From Bugula neritina (lineage: Eukaryota > Animalia > Bryozoa), in contig OZ037768.1 of the NCBI GenBank assembly GCA_964035545.1, positions 11,812,741 to 11,876,740 of the forward strand: 64,000 nucleotides of DNA, read 5' to 3'. This document shows, one piece after another, positions 41,955 through 55,900 of the stretch (positions within the stretch are counted from its first letter, which is position 1; each line of letters starts with the position of its first letter). The notes under the pieces are model-generated. The model saw only the letters and a program-made list of their open reading frames with translations. It was not told the DNA's origin and did no database searches. The position numbers were made by a program, and so were the translations under genes.

Positions 41955-44900
41955 ATGAGTTCCAGAGGAGGGTATGCGAAAAATGATGGCGATTGGTGTT
42001 GCCCGGACCCCAAGTTAGTAAAACCAGTACTATACTCTATAAATATTACAATCATTATCAAAAAGTAGTTACCAAAAGTAGATTCAAACTCAATTTTAAA
42101 ATGATAATAAGTGGTGGTGAAAGGCCTTTAAATGTTTTGATAGTTCACGCTAAACTGACAAAGTTTTCGAAACTCAAACTGAAACTTCGAAATTCAAGTT
42201 TTGGTTTTACAATTACTTTGAGTTTTGTCTATTGTTTCAATTTTAATAGTTGATAAAGCTAGTTATTTTAGAGAATTTTAGTGACTACGGACTCATCATT
42301 GCTTAATTTGTAAGTTTTTTTACTCTTATTTTAGTTTAATGTTGACTTTAAGCACTTAACTAAGACGTAGAGTTAGTATGACTTAGTTTTAGTTTTTGGT
42401 TATCCCAAAACAAGCCTTTTGCCCTGCTCGTTTAACTTGGTGAGTTGCTAGATATATAATTAACATTTGATATGTTTTTAAATAACAATAAAGACTAAAG
42501 AAAACGTATTAAAAGATGCATTAGAGTAATTTCAAAACATGAATCAAATGTTTGTATCACTAATAATAGTACTACTAAGTACTATTAATTATAATGAAAC
42601 GATTTATTATTATTGTTAATGAATATACGACTTAAATTATCATTATGCTACCCGCTCAAATTTTATTGCAAGCTTAAACTTGATGGGTAATATCGCTACT
42701 AGTTGCCTTTGGAAATTTTAACCAATTTTCATCAGCTATTCCAACAATCATTTCCTTACTGCCCTGTTAGTAAATTTTTTTTTATTTGTCGAATTTTTTA
42801 GATGTGGCAACACCAACTTTGCTCGACGGGATAAGTGCAATCGGTGTGGGTGCGGTAAGATGTTATAGTAGTTGTTGCTATTGTTAGCTGTAGAATGTTA
42901 CTATTAATTATAAAGCTATGTTATTGGTGCTTATATGTTGAGCAAAATCACCCAAAGCAATCTAGCCTATATATTTGTAGATGGCTATCCTATTGTTTAT
43001 ATGATTACGTTAATTTAGTGTTAGTCTTATGATATAAAATCATTTCATGTTGAATTCCTTGTTTTTGCCTCAATGTACACATTGTTGAAATTACTGATAT
43101 ATAAGTTTAAGCAAATCTATCTTGTAGAAAAACCTCAAATGGCAGGTAAAGTTAAACTTGGGGGATTTGAACTGGGGAAGCAGCTTGCAGAAAAAAGTAA
43201 AGGACTATTTAGTGCTGATGATTGGCAATGTAAAACGTAAGAGTAAAAACAACATAAATTTTAATGCTATTAATTGAGTTTTATTGTTGTTTTCTCAGCT
43301 GTACAACAAATCTGATTTATTTTTGTTTTCAAGATGTGGGAATGTAAATTGGGCTAGAAGAGCAACTTGTAATGTATGCAACACCCCGAAAGTGGGCCAT
43401 GTGGAGGAAAGGACTGGTTTTGGTGGTGGCTTTATGGAGCGAGATGAAAATCCTGATAAAATTGAGCGAAACTCTGATGATGAGGAATATGATGAGGTTA
43501 AGAATCTTTTTAATCTTGGAGAATTTTGGTTGATGTTACTGAAAATCTGTCAGTAGTATTTATGCATTAACTGGGCTAAATTATTTTATTTTACAGTTTG
43601 GGAGAAAGAAAAAGAAATTCCGAGGGGTGCCTGCTCCAAGCGAACCCAAACCTGATGTGAATGACGAAGAGGAGAATGAAGACGATGACGAAGAGGACGA
43701 AGAGGACAGTGATGATGATGACCTTGGGAAATATGCATTTGATAGTGATGTAATTATCTAACTTACCTCTTAATGTTTATATTCCAGTTATGTTTGGGGC
43801 AAATATGTAAGGATTGTTTGTGTCATTCTTGAATGACCAGTGTAAATATTTGACTATTGGTTTGATTTGTATATAGTAAGTTATTTATTATTTCATTTAC
43901 AAGTTCATTGGTTAAACTTTCTACAGAAATATTTGGTAATAATGCAACTAACAATTTCAGTACTGCTCAATACTATTTAAATGCCATACTAGGTTGAATA
44001 ATTATGCAAAAATTGCGAAGTTGGCTATAGAAGCAGATCTGTATTAGCCCTTTTCATTTTTGAATTATTTTAACTAAAATATAGAAACCACAAGCTATAA
44101 CTATACAAATAAGCTTCATTTGAACATTGCTAGCTAACATAGCATATGTGCTGTAATTGGACCGAAATTTATATCAGTGATTTCAGAAAATTTGGAATAA
44201 GGTTTGGCAGACTACTCATGTCTCTTATAATACAACGCCGTGGCGCTTGAGACAAATATACACACATCTATTTTAGCACTATAGTAGACAATTCTCTTTA
44301 TCATTATGCTATATTTGTTACTAATGACTAATAACTTTATTTTAACATATTCAGGACAATAATTTGTCAAATTTAAAGGATAGAAGCGCTACCGATTGTG
44401 CTCAGCTTACATTTTGATTAAATCACTTTTTGAGAATCATTCTTAATAAAACGTCGTTACATTACAATTAAAAATACCAGTGCAGTTATTCTCATCGTAG
44501 AAAATCAGTATTGTGGCCTGTTTATAGATCTACTATTTAAAACCTTGCTATTGTTATTAAAAGAATGCTTGTCTCAACATCAAATTTCATGAATGGGAAG
44601 ATAACATTTTCAGTCATACAATTTCAAGGCTTTATTACCTCAATAAGCATTGGTCGAACGTAGCCATGTTGTAAAAATTCAGCTTTATAAAATTTTATAG
44701 GATGCAGAAGAAGTGAAGAAGGAATCTAAACATGGTGATAGATCTAACTCTGGTGCAAGTAAATCATCTTCCAACTACTCACGAGGCAGCAGTGATAAAA
44801 GACGTAGATCAAGCTCTAGGTCCAGGTAACCAGGTCTCCCTGATCCTAAGGAGAATTCAGGGCAGGGGGCGACAGTGTGGTTACTGTTGCTATCTTAGCT

Positions 44901-45179
44901 ACTAGGTCAATGTCTGTATCATTCCTCTTAGTATGTTAACTATTCAACATTTTTTGGACTAATAGCTGTTGAAGACAGGAGAAGATGAGTTGGTAATAAT
45001 CAAATAGTTGTCTACTACGTGGTCTATATTTTCACCATGCTTTACATTTGCATGTTTTAGGTTGTAATGCATCTATTTCAAAAAGCCTTCTTTGTTTGCT
45101 ATGTTTTAGAAACAGTTCAGGAAGTAGCAGTGAGAGTAGCAGGAGCCGGTCAAGGTCTCGCAGCCCTGTCCGCCGCTAG
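41955..45179 (+). CDS. ZRANB2: Zinc finger Ran-binding domain-containing protein 2 (two RanBP2 fingers, acidic region, RS tail)
   Basis: Exons 41955-42013, 42802-42854, 43128-43236, 43334-43496, 43597-43749, 44701-44825, 45110-45179. Translation: [90 protein letters not shown]; ends ...RSRSRSPVRR*. Confidence 0.95.
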
Positions 45180-46486
45180 TAGCGTAAGTCTTGATATCAG
45201 GGTGGTTGAGATCAGGGCTCTCCTGCAGCTTTTGTACAAAAAAGCACAAAATTGCCACGGCAACACATGTTATAGCAAATTCAGTAAACGCAGTAGAATT
45301 TAGAGTTGTTTCATGATGACTGAAATTTTGACACTCTTGCCTAAACTTCATCTACTTTTAGTATCTCTCAGATCAATAATATTATGAACTGGAATTATCT
45401 TCTCATGTAGTCAATGTATGATCTTTTTGTTAAACTGTGTATTTCATAAACTCCACACCGCTCTATAAAACAATTTGTACAAAAATAAAGAAATAAATGC
45501 ATACCTCAAAATATAAAATCTTATTTGACTTCCTCACATTTTTCTTGGGCCAAAATTCAATCAGTCACGGGGAGTCCTGATTTTTTAATCTAGGTCAATT
45601 AGAAATAGAAGTCACTATTAAAACGTTGTTTTTTGTATTTTTATGTATTTTATTAAATTATAGCAAACACATTATCAAGTAATGTCATATAGTTATCAAT
45701 TATACAGAATTTGAATTAACTATGATTTTTCAGCCCACTAAAATGTGCAATTGTTTCTCAACATTCTGTGCCCAAGTAGCCATACCACATAGAAAGGTTT
45801 TCTAGTTAATCTAAAATATCTCTACTTGCCAAGTCATGAGTATTTAGCAAATGATGATCATCTCCTATATCTGCAAATCAGTTTCACAACATAAATATAA
45901 TTGAGTGTGCGGATGATAACTTCAGCTCATACAAAGATGCAGTTTAAAGTGCAATGAATATATGAAAAAGTAGTAATGTATGTTCTATTATGTTGGTTGT
46001 TGTGTTTTATGTTTCAGTCAGTACACAGTGGATTAATATCAATAACGAATTTCTTTCACACATGCTACTGATGAAGTAAGAATACACTTCAGTTGTATGT
46101 AAGCAATCGAATCTTAAACTTTGGTTAGTACAATAATATGTAAATATAGGGCTTTTATTGTACAGCATGTAGATTTTCAATTGTGATTTTTTGTAGTGTG
46201 TTAACATTCAAACACTATTGCCTTCATTTTTCAATTGACAATTTTTATGATGTTGCTGTTTGCTTGTAACTTGATTTTAATTTTCTGCAGATAAATATGA
46301 AGTTTAGTTCCTGTTTCCTTCATCTGTGTGAAACTATTTTATTCTTCTAGTTGAATAAACATTTCATATCAATAAATGTTGATTGTCATTGAAAAGTAGT
46401 AAACCTTATTTTAAAATCAAAATGCAATATTTTACTATAGTTAAAAATTTTTAGAGTTCAACTGTGGTTTAGCCATCACTAGATTT

Positions 46487-49319
46487 TCAAGTGTTGGTCT
46501 GTTTCAGTCTAAATAATGAGAGTGTTCCTTCTCCAGTACCCATAACTAATTTATCATTTCTATAGTCCATCTACAAATACACAAATGCCAAATAAACACC
46601 TGCATGAGCATCATACAAATAAATTTCAAGCACCAGCTTATGATGTTTTCCAAACTTATAAAAGCAACTTATACTAACTGTGCATATTTCATCTTTTTCT
46701 TTGGTTGAATGGAGTGTGTGAATGATGGAGGGCGTTCCACTGGGCTCCCATATTTTGCACATACTGTCTTTAGATACTGTGACAATGCAGCCTAGTGTCT
46801 GCCGTACAGATTGCACAGCTTTTTCATGACCATTTTCAATTGTCTAGAAAATATACTATAGTTTGTAAACTATAGTAGGCATGAATGGGCAAGTTGTCTT
46901 GAATTGTAAAGTTGCCATACTCTGTTAATTACAACTACTCATAAGAAAGTAGAGTCATTCTATTATAAGCAGCTCTGAGTTGGGAGTGATTGAGTGCAAT
47001 AGTTTGAGACTCCAGTTTGGAGTGCCAAGTGTTAACTCGAACTCTAAACTATTGCACTCAGTCACCCCCAACTCGGAGCTGCTTATAGAACGATTCGAGA
47101 AAATAAGGTCAGCAAAGAGCCTGGCTTGTGCTCAAATACACAGTAATTCAAACTCACCTCAATGTAGGTCAAACATCCCAGCTGTTCATCAAAAGAATAT
47201 ATATAAATTGTTCCTAGGTTGCTTCCAATGTACATTGTATTGCCAACAAGAGACATACATCGAGGATAACCTGCCTGAAAATTATAGTAGGCCTATGTGC
47301 ACCACACAATATAAACTGTATTTGTAATTTCTTTCAATGTCCTGATGCAAGTCTAGTATTAATTAATCAACACTAATCTTGAAAAAATATCCTTTTGTGC
47401 AGTGGTTTACTATGTTAAAAGGAATAAAATGGCTAAAAAGTATATAATGGTAAACAATTCAAAAACTTGGTTCACTTCAATTCTTGGTGACTTCGTTTTA
47501 ATTACAATGGGATATTTTAAACATCATATTAATCTTTTTTAAATATAAGATGTTGAAGTTTTTTGCTAAACATTACAAGTGTTGAAACAAACCATAAAAT
47601 GAAATAGGCTTTGGTAATGTTACTTGAATATAAGCAACTTACTGGAATTTTAGCAGTATTGATGGTTTTTAGAGTATTTCTGTCAATAATGTTGATTATT
47701 TTACTCTCGCTGCTAGTAATTATCCACCTTTTTGTTTGCTGCATACAAATAACTGCTCTGGCATAAATTTTTCGAGATGCAATGGGCTCTTTACATCTGC
47801 TATCTATCTACAAGAGTGCTTTGATCATTAAAATAGTGAAAGTGTTAAGTTCTAATTGCCTTCAAAGGTGTAAAACAAAACAATTATGGGTTTTAAAACA
47901 AGCCATGACTCCGATCACCTTGAAAAGAGTTTTGTTGAAAGTGCCCGCTAAAATTTCATTTCCCATCATAGATGAGCATAGTACTGCAGAGCCACATCTA
48001 AAACGCAGAATTTTCATAATTGAAATGCAAATAGGAAATATTTCGGTCTGCAACGTTTTCAGCTAATTCCAACATAGACCATCACTTATGAAAAGTTTAG
48101 GTCTGAGTATCTAGGGAGCAAATGCTATACACTACATTTCCAAGCTTATGGAATGGATGAAAACAGTCGCATTGAATGAAAGCACAACCATAAGTTAATG
48201 CAAACCGCCACCACAAATTCATCTGTATAGCATTCATTGCAATTCGAAGGAATGGAAATGCAGCGATAGCCCATTATAACAAATACAATTACAACAATCA
48301 GTTTTTCCCTTATAGGAAAACAGTATAATTTACACATTACACCATAATTAATAAAGAACCTAATTACTTATAAGATGATATCTCTTCCCCAGAGTATTCC
48401 CAAAGTTTGAGCTTAGCATCCCATCCACCACTGCACAGCTTACTCTCATCGGAGCAGATGGCCCATATCCAACCCTTCAAACGAATAAATATTATGCCAC
48501 CTCGCCTTATTATCAATAAAAAACCTAGAACTTTTTATCTTAAGTCAAATAAGATCTCTTTTAGAATAATATTCACCTCATGTGCAAATTTTTGGAATGT
48601 ACTTTTGCTTGAAATATCATTTACATATATGGAGTGATTTTCACCATCCTGTGCAACTTCATCTGAGCCGCATGCCATAGGTATATCAGAAATTTTAAAG
48701 TTGTATAATGTGTGATTGCGCAAACCAATAATTAGATGGTCATTCTACAAAAGAAATACATAGCTACTAGAAGCTACTAGAAAAATTGTTCATAGGTTTT
48801 GTACAACAAACAAGCTCACAGGCTATTCAAACTGTTGAGGAGAGAAAACTGTTTGATAGCATACCTTGGTAATATGGGCTACATCAATACATATACCAAA
48901 ATGAATATCTTTCCTTTGCATGTGCTCTGCGGGATTAGCCCATTTTCTATACTCACTTTCTCTGCTAATGCAAGCATCTTTCCAATCTATGTTGTTGGCT
49001 ATAACACATTTAATCATAAACCTATTTTAATAAATAAAATTAGAAGTATAAAGTTTCACAATAGTACAGTTGAAATTGTAGTTCATAAATACAGCCCCTT
49101 ACTCTGAACTGCAGGATAGCGTTTTCGCGGCCAACGTTTACGAATTCTGGTCTTCCATATCAATTCGTCATTAGCCAAATCACTTAGAAAAAGGCAAACC
49201 TTTGAGAGAATATTTATCACCGTGAACGAATCCAAATAATCACAAACACGAAGGATGAGCTCTGGGGGCAACTCTAGAAATGGAAAACCGTTACCACCGC
49301 TAGATTGGTAGTCTTCCAT
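46487..49319 (-). CDS. FBXW9: F-box/WD40 protein 9 (MEC-15 orthologue)
   Basis: Exons 49319-49103, 48998-48865, 48744-48576, 48474-48368, 47997-47919, 47807-47643, 47274-47158, 46843-46679, 46570-46487. F-box FLELPPELILRVCDYLD, then WKTRIRKRWPRKRYP...DWKDACISRE and WD repeats GWIWAI..LCSGGWDAKLKLWE and GHEKAVQSV...SKDSMCKIWEP. Confidence 0.85.
46958..47090. mobile_element. Short hairpin MITE (copy 1)
   Basis: ~45-bp inverted arms tataagcagctctgagttgggagtgattgagtgcaatagttt / aaactattgcactcagtcacccccaactcggagctgcttata. Confidence 0.8.
48140..48270. repeat. Interspersed repeat fragment (second copy at 59150-59280)
   Basis: Both loci share caagctt..tggaatgga..aaacagt(c/t)gcattgaatgaaa(g/c)cacaaccat..gcattcatt..atggaa(a/g)tgcag. 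Confidence 0.7.
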
Positions 49320-50786
49320 TTTATTATGTTGTAAAGGCAAATGCTCTCTAATGTCATATTAGTTCATTTCTAAAATAAAAAATGATGAGAAAAAAAGTAA
49401 TTTCTGTTTTCAGTAATTTTACATTAGAAAAATAATTGACCGCATCAAAAGTAATATGAATGAAAAGATTATTTTAAATGCAAACAAGAAACATTAGCCA
49501 CAGCTAGTTAAACTGCTTAATACTGACAAATAAATCTTTTTAAATAAGGTTGAGTTGATTCTATATATTTTTAAAAAATAAAATCAACTTATTATATAAT
49601 GTAGGCACTGCAATGAGCCATCCCCGCGACAATTTACAATTAACATAGCGTTGGTTATCTGAAATATGAGGTCACTCTAATGTCAGTCATGAAAATACTA
49701 TGCTGCAAAAATTACAGCACCGTTGCGCCATAAGCCATTGCCATGCTAATATTTTGCCTTTAAACATTTTGATTTTACATTTCGATTCTAATCATTTAAC
49801 CAGATAATTTTTTCAATGCATTTTTAATTCTTACGCCATTAAATCTATACGTTTACATCAACTATAAAGTTGAATTAGCTAAAAGAAATAGTCTAATGCT
49901 ATTGCTTATTCATATGTATAACAGTTTTAAACTTAGGTGAATGCTGTTCAATTTTGTGTCACAGTCCATGCTGTTTCAGATGTTACAAAATCAAACAAGC
50001 TAGTAAAACTAATACTATCACATGATACTCTATGACTATCAGTATCAATATTATCAATATTTAACTATTAGTATTACTATTAGTATTACTATTACTATTA
50101 AATTACTATTAGTATTATATTTAGTATAACTATAAGTATTAAGAAATAGTATTAATATTAGTTATTACATTTAGCTTTACTGTTACATTTACTTTTAACT
50201 TTACAATTATTGTTAGTATAACTATAACTATAAGTATGAACAAGAATAACTATAGCTATAAATATGAGTATCAATATATAATTCATTAATTGTATAAATA
50301 CAATTAATATTATAATTCAAAGTATAATAATTAAAAATTAAAATAATAATTCATTAATTGTAATAACTATAATAATGATAATATTGATATTCATATTGAT
50401 ATTCCAATCTTTCTTAGACTTAGCACTTCTAACTCAATCACTATCAGTATTAGTCTATTAGTATCACTATGACTATCACAATCAGCCTCAGGCTCAGGTG
50501 TGAGGTACCTGGTAAAATTTTACCACATTTCAAACAGTAAAAAGAACTAGAAGTGTCAGCACGATAAATCAATATGAATATTAATAATGATTATTACGCA
50601 TACAAAATTTAAACATCAAAATACTTTAAGTTTATAATTATAATGATATTACATTTACTATCAACATCAATACTTTTACTAGCAGTTGTACTTGTAAACC
50701 ATTCAATTCCATCATTGTTAGGTTAATTGTTTACAACAGAAGTGATTGAATCTTCTGCAAAAAAGAATAATATCATGTTTTAATTA

Positions 50787-50906
50787 TTCTATAATCAGCT
50801 CCGAGTTGGTGGTGAATGAGTGTAGTAGTTTGGGGTGTCAGGTTTAAAGTTTTGGTTTTAAGTTTTAAATTGAACCCCCAACTCTAACTTGAAGCTGCTT
50901 ATAGAA
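50787..50906. mobile_element. Short hairpin MITE (copy 2, decayed)
   Basis: ttctataatcagctccgagttggtggtgaatgagtgtagtagttt...ccccaactc...agctgcttatagaa. Same termini as 46958-47090. Confidence 0.7.
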
Positions 50907-52948
50907 CAATTTAATCACCACAATAATGTAAAAAATGTATCGTATTACAGCGATTCCAATGACAAATTTTTACAAGGAAATCGGTCTATTCAATTAGCTA
51001 ATCGTTGAATTTAATGTTTTTTTTTAAAATAAAATTTCAGTTCAATTTTGAATTTGTGAGTAAGTTTTTTCACAGTCTTAGTTGTAGCTCCATAAATTAT
51101 ACTTCTGTTGAAGTTTTAAATTATGTAACTTTTAAGCTGGCGTTTATAATTAGAATTATTACATTTTCATTTTGATGTAGTTTTAGTTTTACTACCGACT
51201 ATCAGTATCACTATCAGTATGAGTATCAGTATGAGTATTACTATCAGTATCACTAGTCTACCGCTATTAGTATCACGTCTACTGCGGACTGCCTCAGCCT
51301 GAATTTTGAGTTGTAAAAGTAAAAGTGATTCTTTTTTATGTTCATGTTGACATTCACACTGTGATTGTCATTGTGATTTATTTTGGTCAAAGTTAGTATA
51401 AGTATGTAAGACTAAGTGCAGCACTAACTTTAAAATTAAGAAGAAGTGTGGAAGCCGAGGGTAAAGGCTAGAGCCTCGGGCTAGGCTCAGAATTAGAGCC
51501 TAGAGGTAAAGCCATAAATAATCATATTCATAATGATAATGATTATGAATAATGATAAAGGTTAACTTAAACTTGAAGTTTAACTTTGGGATCTGCGATC
51601 ACTCCCTCACCGTCACTGAATGTTTCACTCACGACTGTATTTTTATAAGTATACCTAATACTATGAGTATTAAACAGTTGGTATAACATTGGACTTGGTA
51701 TAACATTAACTTTAAGTTTTAGTTTAAAGCAAGCTATAACTATAAGTATAAGTATAAAGCTAAGTATAAATAATAAATTACAAGTATTACTATTATATAA
51801 TAATATCAATATGAATGTCACATTCAAAATTATTTAAATTTTACTTATTTTTCATTAAAAGTGTTATTTGTCATAAAGTGATTATCACAATGATAGTGAT
51901 GATTAATATAAGCTAAATAGTAAATAGTGTTATTACTTATTAGTTATTACTATTAGTATCAGCCTTATGCTTAAGTCTTAGCCTATAACTATTAGTAATA
52001 ATAGTAATGAATATAATATTAAGGCTTAAGCTATTGGTCAGTTGATGCAATTATTTAATTTTATGAGAAAAAGGTAAAATAGGATATTCAAAAACATATT
52101 AATGATCACTATTAACCCTGAGATTATATGAGTACTTTTAAATACAAGTAACAAATTGGGAGACTTGCATGCTTCATTAAGTGGTAAAAGAATAAAAAAT
52201 TCGCTTTACGTTTATCACTATTTTACTATTTGTAATGCTATATAGTATTGCAGGTTACAATTAATGTAGAAGCTAGATAAAGTAACGTTATGATATGAAT
52301 ACAAATTAGTTATATTTATATATAAAAGAGAAAATGTCTATTTTTAATTAGCAAAACTACTTTGTCTAATAGCCTTTTAGATGTCAGTTAAAGTTTAAAA
52401 CTTAGTAATAATTATAATGTAGTATAAATACTTTTGTTTTTTTTTATGCTGGTGGTGGTGGTGGTGGTGGTGGCGGCAGTGGTGATGATAGTCCAGTTTT
52501 TATTTTTATTTCAGTTACTTGGTAGTTGTACTAATATTTTTGCTGATATTTATGAATTGATAAAGAACTTTAAATTCATCAAGCTATTTAAGTATTCTTC
52601 TTTTATAAACAACAATACTAAAAGCAGTAATAGATATCTAAATTTATATAATATAGTTATACAAAATATTAATGTGTTTCGCTGATTACACTTTACAGTA
52701 AATCTTACAACAAGAGTGAATTAAGAATACAGATAAAGATACAGCTATATACCTCACTATTTTTAAAACTTTTTATATGCAGCATTAAACAATGTCAATT
52801 TGTCAAAGGATTTTACTTGTGCTTCGAACAGGACAGAGCAGAGACGGTGAGGATAGGTTAGGAAAGCAGTTTACCTCTGCACTCTATGTTATCACTCTCA
52901 ATAAATTGTTGTAGAATAACCTAAAGTCCCGCCATTTGATCCAGAAAG

Positions 52949-55900
52949 ATGAGTTCACGTCGATCTTCGTGCTGTAAGTAGTCTGTTTTTTTAAAAAATT
53001 GAGAAATTTATTTAAAATATATTCTAATGATATGTTCAATAGGCATATGGCATGTAGAAGTTTTACTTTAAGCTATAAATATCAATATGTTCTTCTAATC
53101 ACAAAGAATTAGCCTTTTGAATTACCATATCTCACTACAGCTGAAGTAAATGGAGTGGAACTGGTCCGTATACCTATTAACAACATGAATATAACTAAAG
53201 AAAAGGTAAAAGGTGGTGGACGAGGTCCTGTGATTAGTAGAGAGACATCTAAACCGTCTCGCGGAGGATCAACTCAGACCTCTGGCCGAACTACACCCGT
53301 GATGGCCAAACCTCCTAAGATGATGTCGGAAGCTGCCATTAAAGTAACAGCCAGCTTACGAGGCCACAACGACCAGTAAGCCAACCTCAAATGTTTAACT
53401 TTTAGATACTGTAATTGCACATATCTGACTTTGCATGACCTCAACAAGTTTTACTAGTTTTCTGACATCTTTTATTTTTTCAACTCGTGAGTTGCAAGGG
53501 TTTATTTTAAATACAACATATATTTGTTAATGTTAGACAGCTTTAATAGTTTGAAGATTTTACATAAATCATTCAGGCCTGTTTAAAGGGAGGTTATAAT
53601 GGTTTAATAGTACGTAAAGGACTGAGTGCAGCATATTGCTGTTGATGAGGTGTAGCATGCTGCTGCATCTCATCTATAGGGTTTCTAATCAATTAGGTGC
53701 AACCAGTTATGTCCGATTATCAAATAACTTGAATTCCCAAGTAATAACTAAGCTAACAGACCCAGTTTTAAACTAAGACTTGAAGCTAATTGAGAACTTT
53801 GATTTAGAAAATCACAGTCTAGACTTGCTCGGTCATTGTAGCTCAGCTCATACTAAGATCAATCAGCCACAGTAATAAAATAAGAAACACTGGATGAGAT
53901 TATTATCCTGCAGACTGCCTATTATCAAAATTAGTCTTTATGGAAATAGTAGTCTGATTAGTATAGTATTGCTAATTAGCTGCTGTTTCCATGTAGGCTG
54001 TGGCCTGACTATAATGATCTAATGTTGAGTCTCTATATATTTTATTATATTTAGCCTCAGAGAATCTCCTGATAGACTTAACTCTGTCTTCAATGCTGAA
54101 TATAATGTGTCACCTGTTCGGAACCACCCCTCTTCAGTTGCACAACCTCCAAGTCTGGTTGATGTACCTGCTACGGAAAGGTAATAGTAACAACTATCTT
54201 TCTTTGTATTCAATATAAGTAAATCAAGTCTAATTTGCATCAAGATAAACTAAATATTGCTTTGTTGCTGATTCCACTGCTGCAACCGATGACTTAAAGT
54301 GGCATGCATGTTGAATTGTATGATGGGCTAGCTACAACTATTGTGCTATATTATAATGCTACTATATAAGACCAGATATGTAGGATACAGGTATGCATTC
54401 TAGTTTCTCTTAACAGCTCACTGTGTTTGTGCACTAAAGAAGGGCGTGGCTTCTATTGTACTATCATCAGTCTACTGGTATTGTTGGAAATCTGGATTTA
54501 ATGAAATGTTTATATAGAGAACTCACAACTTGATATCAGTATGCTTTGTGTTTACAATAAGCTAAGCTACTTCTTTCTAATTGCTCTCCATTATAAAAAA
54601 GTGTCTAACAGCCCAATGATGTGCTACTTGAACACTAAGAAGAACTGATTGTTTTGTTTTTGAATCCAGTAAGCATAACCTCTTCAGTTAGGCTTGAGAA
54701 AACCATCTTCCTTTCTAAAGGAGTACTCTGCATATACATAATATTGTGATTTGAAGCATTGCAGAACGCTTGACTATTTTGTTTCGTTTATCATTACACA
54801 GTAACTACACTGTATACTCTATTCTCTCAGTAACTACACTGTATACTCTATTCTCTCAGTAACTACACTGTATACTCTACTCTCACAGTAACTACACTGT
54901 ATACTCTATTCTCTCAGTAACTACACTGTATACTCTATTCTCTCAGTAACTACACTGTATACTCTACTCTCACAGTAACTACACTGTACACTCTATTCTC
55001 TCAGTAACTACACTGTATACTCTACTCTCACAGTAACTACACTGTACACTCTATTCTCTCAGTAACTACACTGTATACTCTATTCTCTCAGTAACTACAC
55101 TGTATACTCTATTCTCTCAGTAACTACACTGTACACTCTACTCTCTCAGTAACTACACTGTATACTCTATTCTCACAGTAACTACACTGTATACTCTATT
55201 CTCTCAGTAACTACACTGTATACTCTATTCTCTCAGTAACTACACTGTACACTCTATTCTCTCAGTAACTACACTGTACACTCTATTCTCTCAGTAACTA
55301 CACTGTATACTCTACTCTCTCAGTAACTACACTGTATACTCTATTCTCTCAGTAACTACACTGTATACTCTATTCTCTCAGTAACTACACTGTACACTCT
55401 ACTCTCTCAGTAACTACACTGTATACTCTATTCTCACAGTAACTACACTGTATACTCTATTCTCTCAGTAACTACACTGTACACTCTATTCTCTCAGTAA
55501 CTACACTGTACACTCTATTCTCTCAGTAACTACACTGTACACTCTATTCTCTCAGTAACTACACTGTATACTCTACTCTCTCAGTAACTACACTGTATAC
55601 TCTACTCTCTCAGTAACTACACTGTATACTCTATTCTCACAGTAACTACACTGTATACTCTATTCTCTCAGTAACTACACTGTACACTCTATTCTCTCAG
55701 TAACTACACTGTACACTCTATTCTCTCAGTAACTACACTGTATACTCTATTCTCTCAGTAACTACACTGTATACTCTATTCTCTCATTAACTACACTGTA
55801 CACTCTACTCTCACAGTAACTACACTATATACTCTACTCTCTCAGTAACTACACTGTATACTCTATTCTCACAGTAACTACACTGTATACTCTATTCTCT

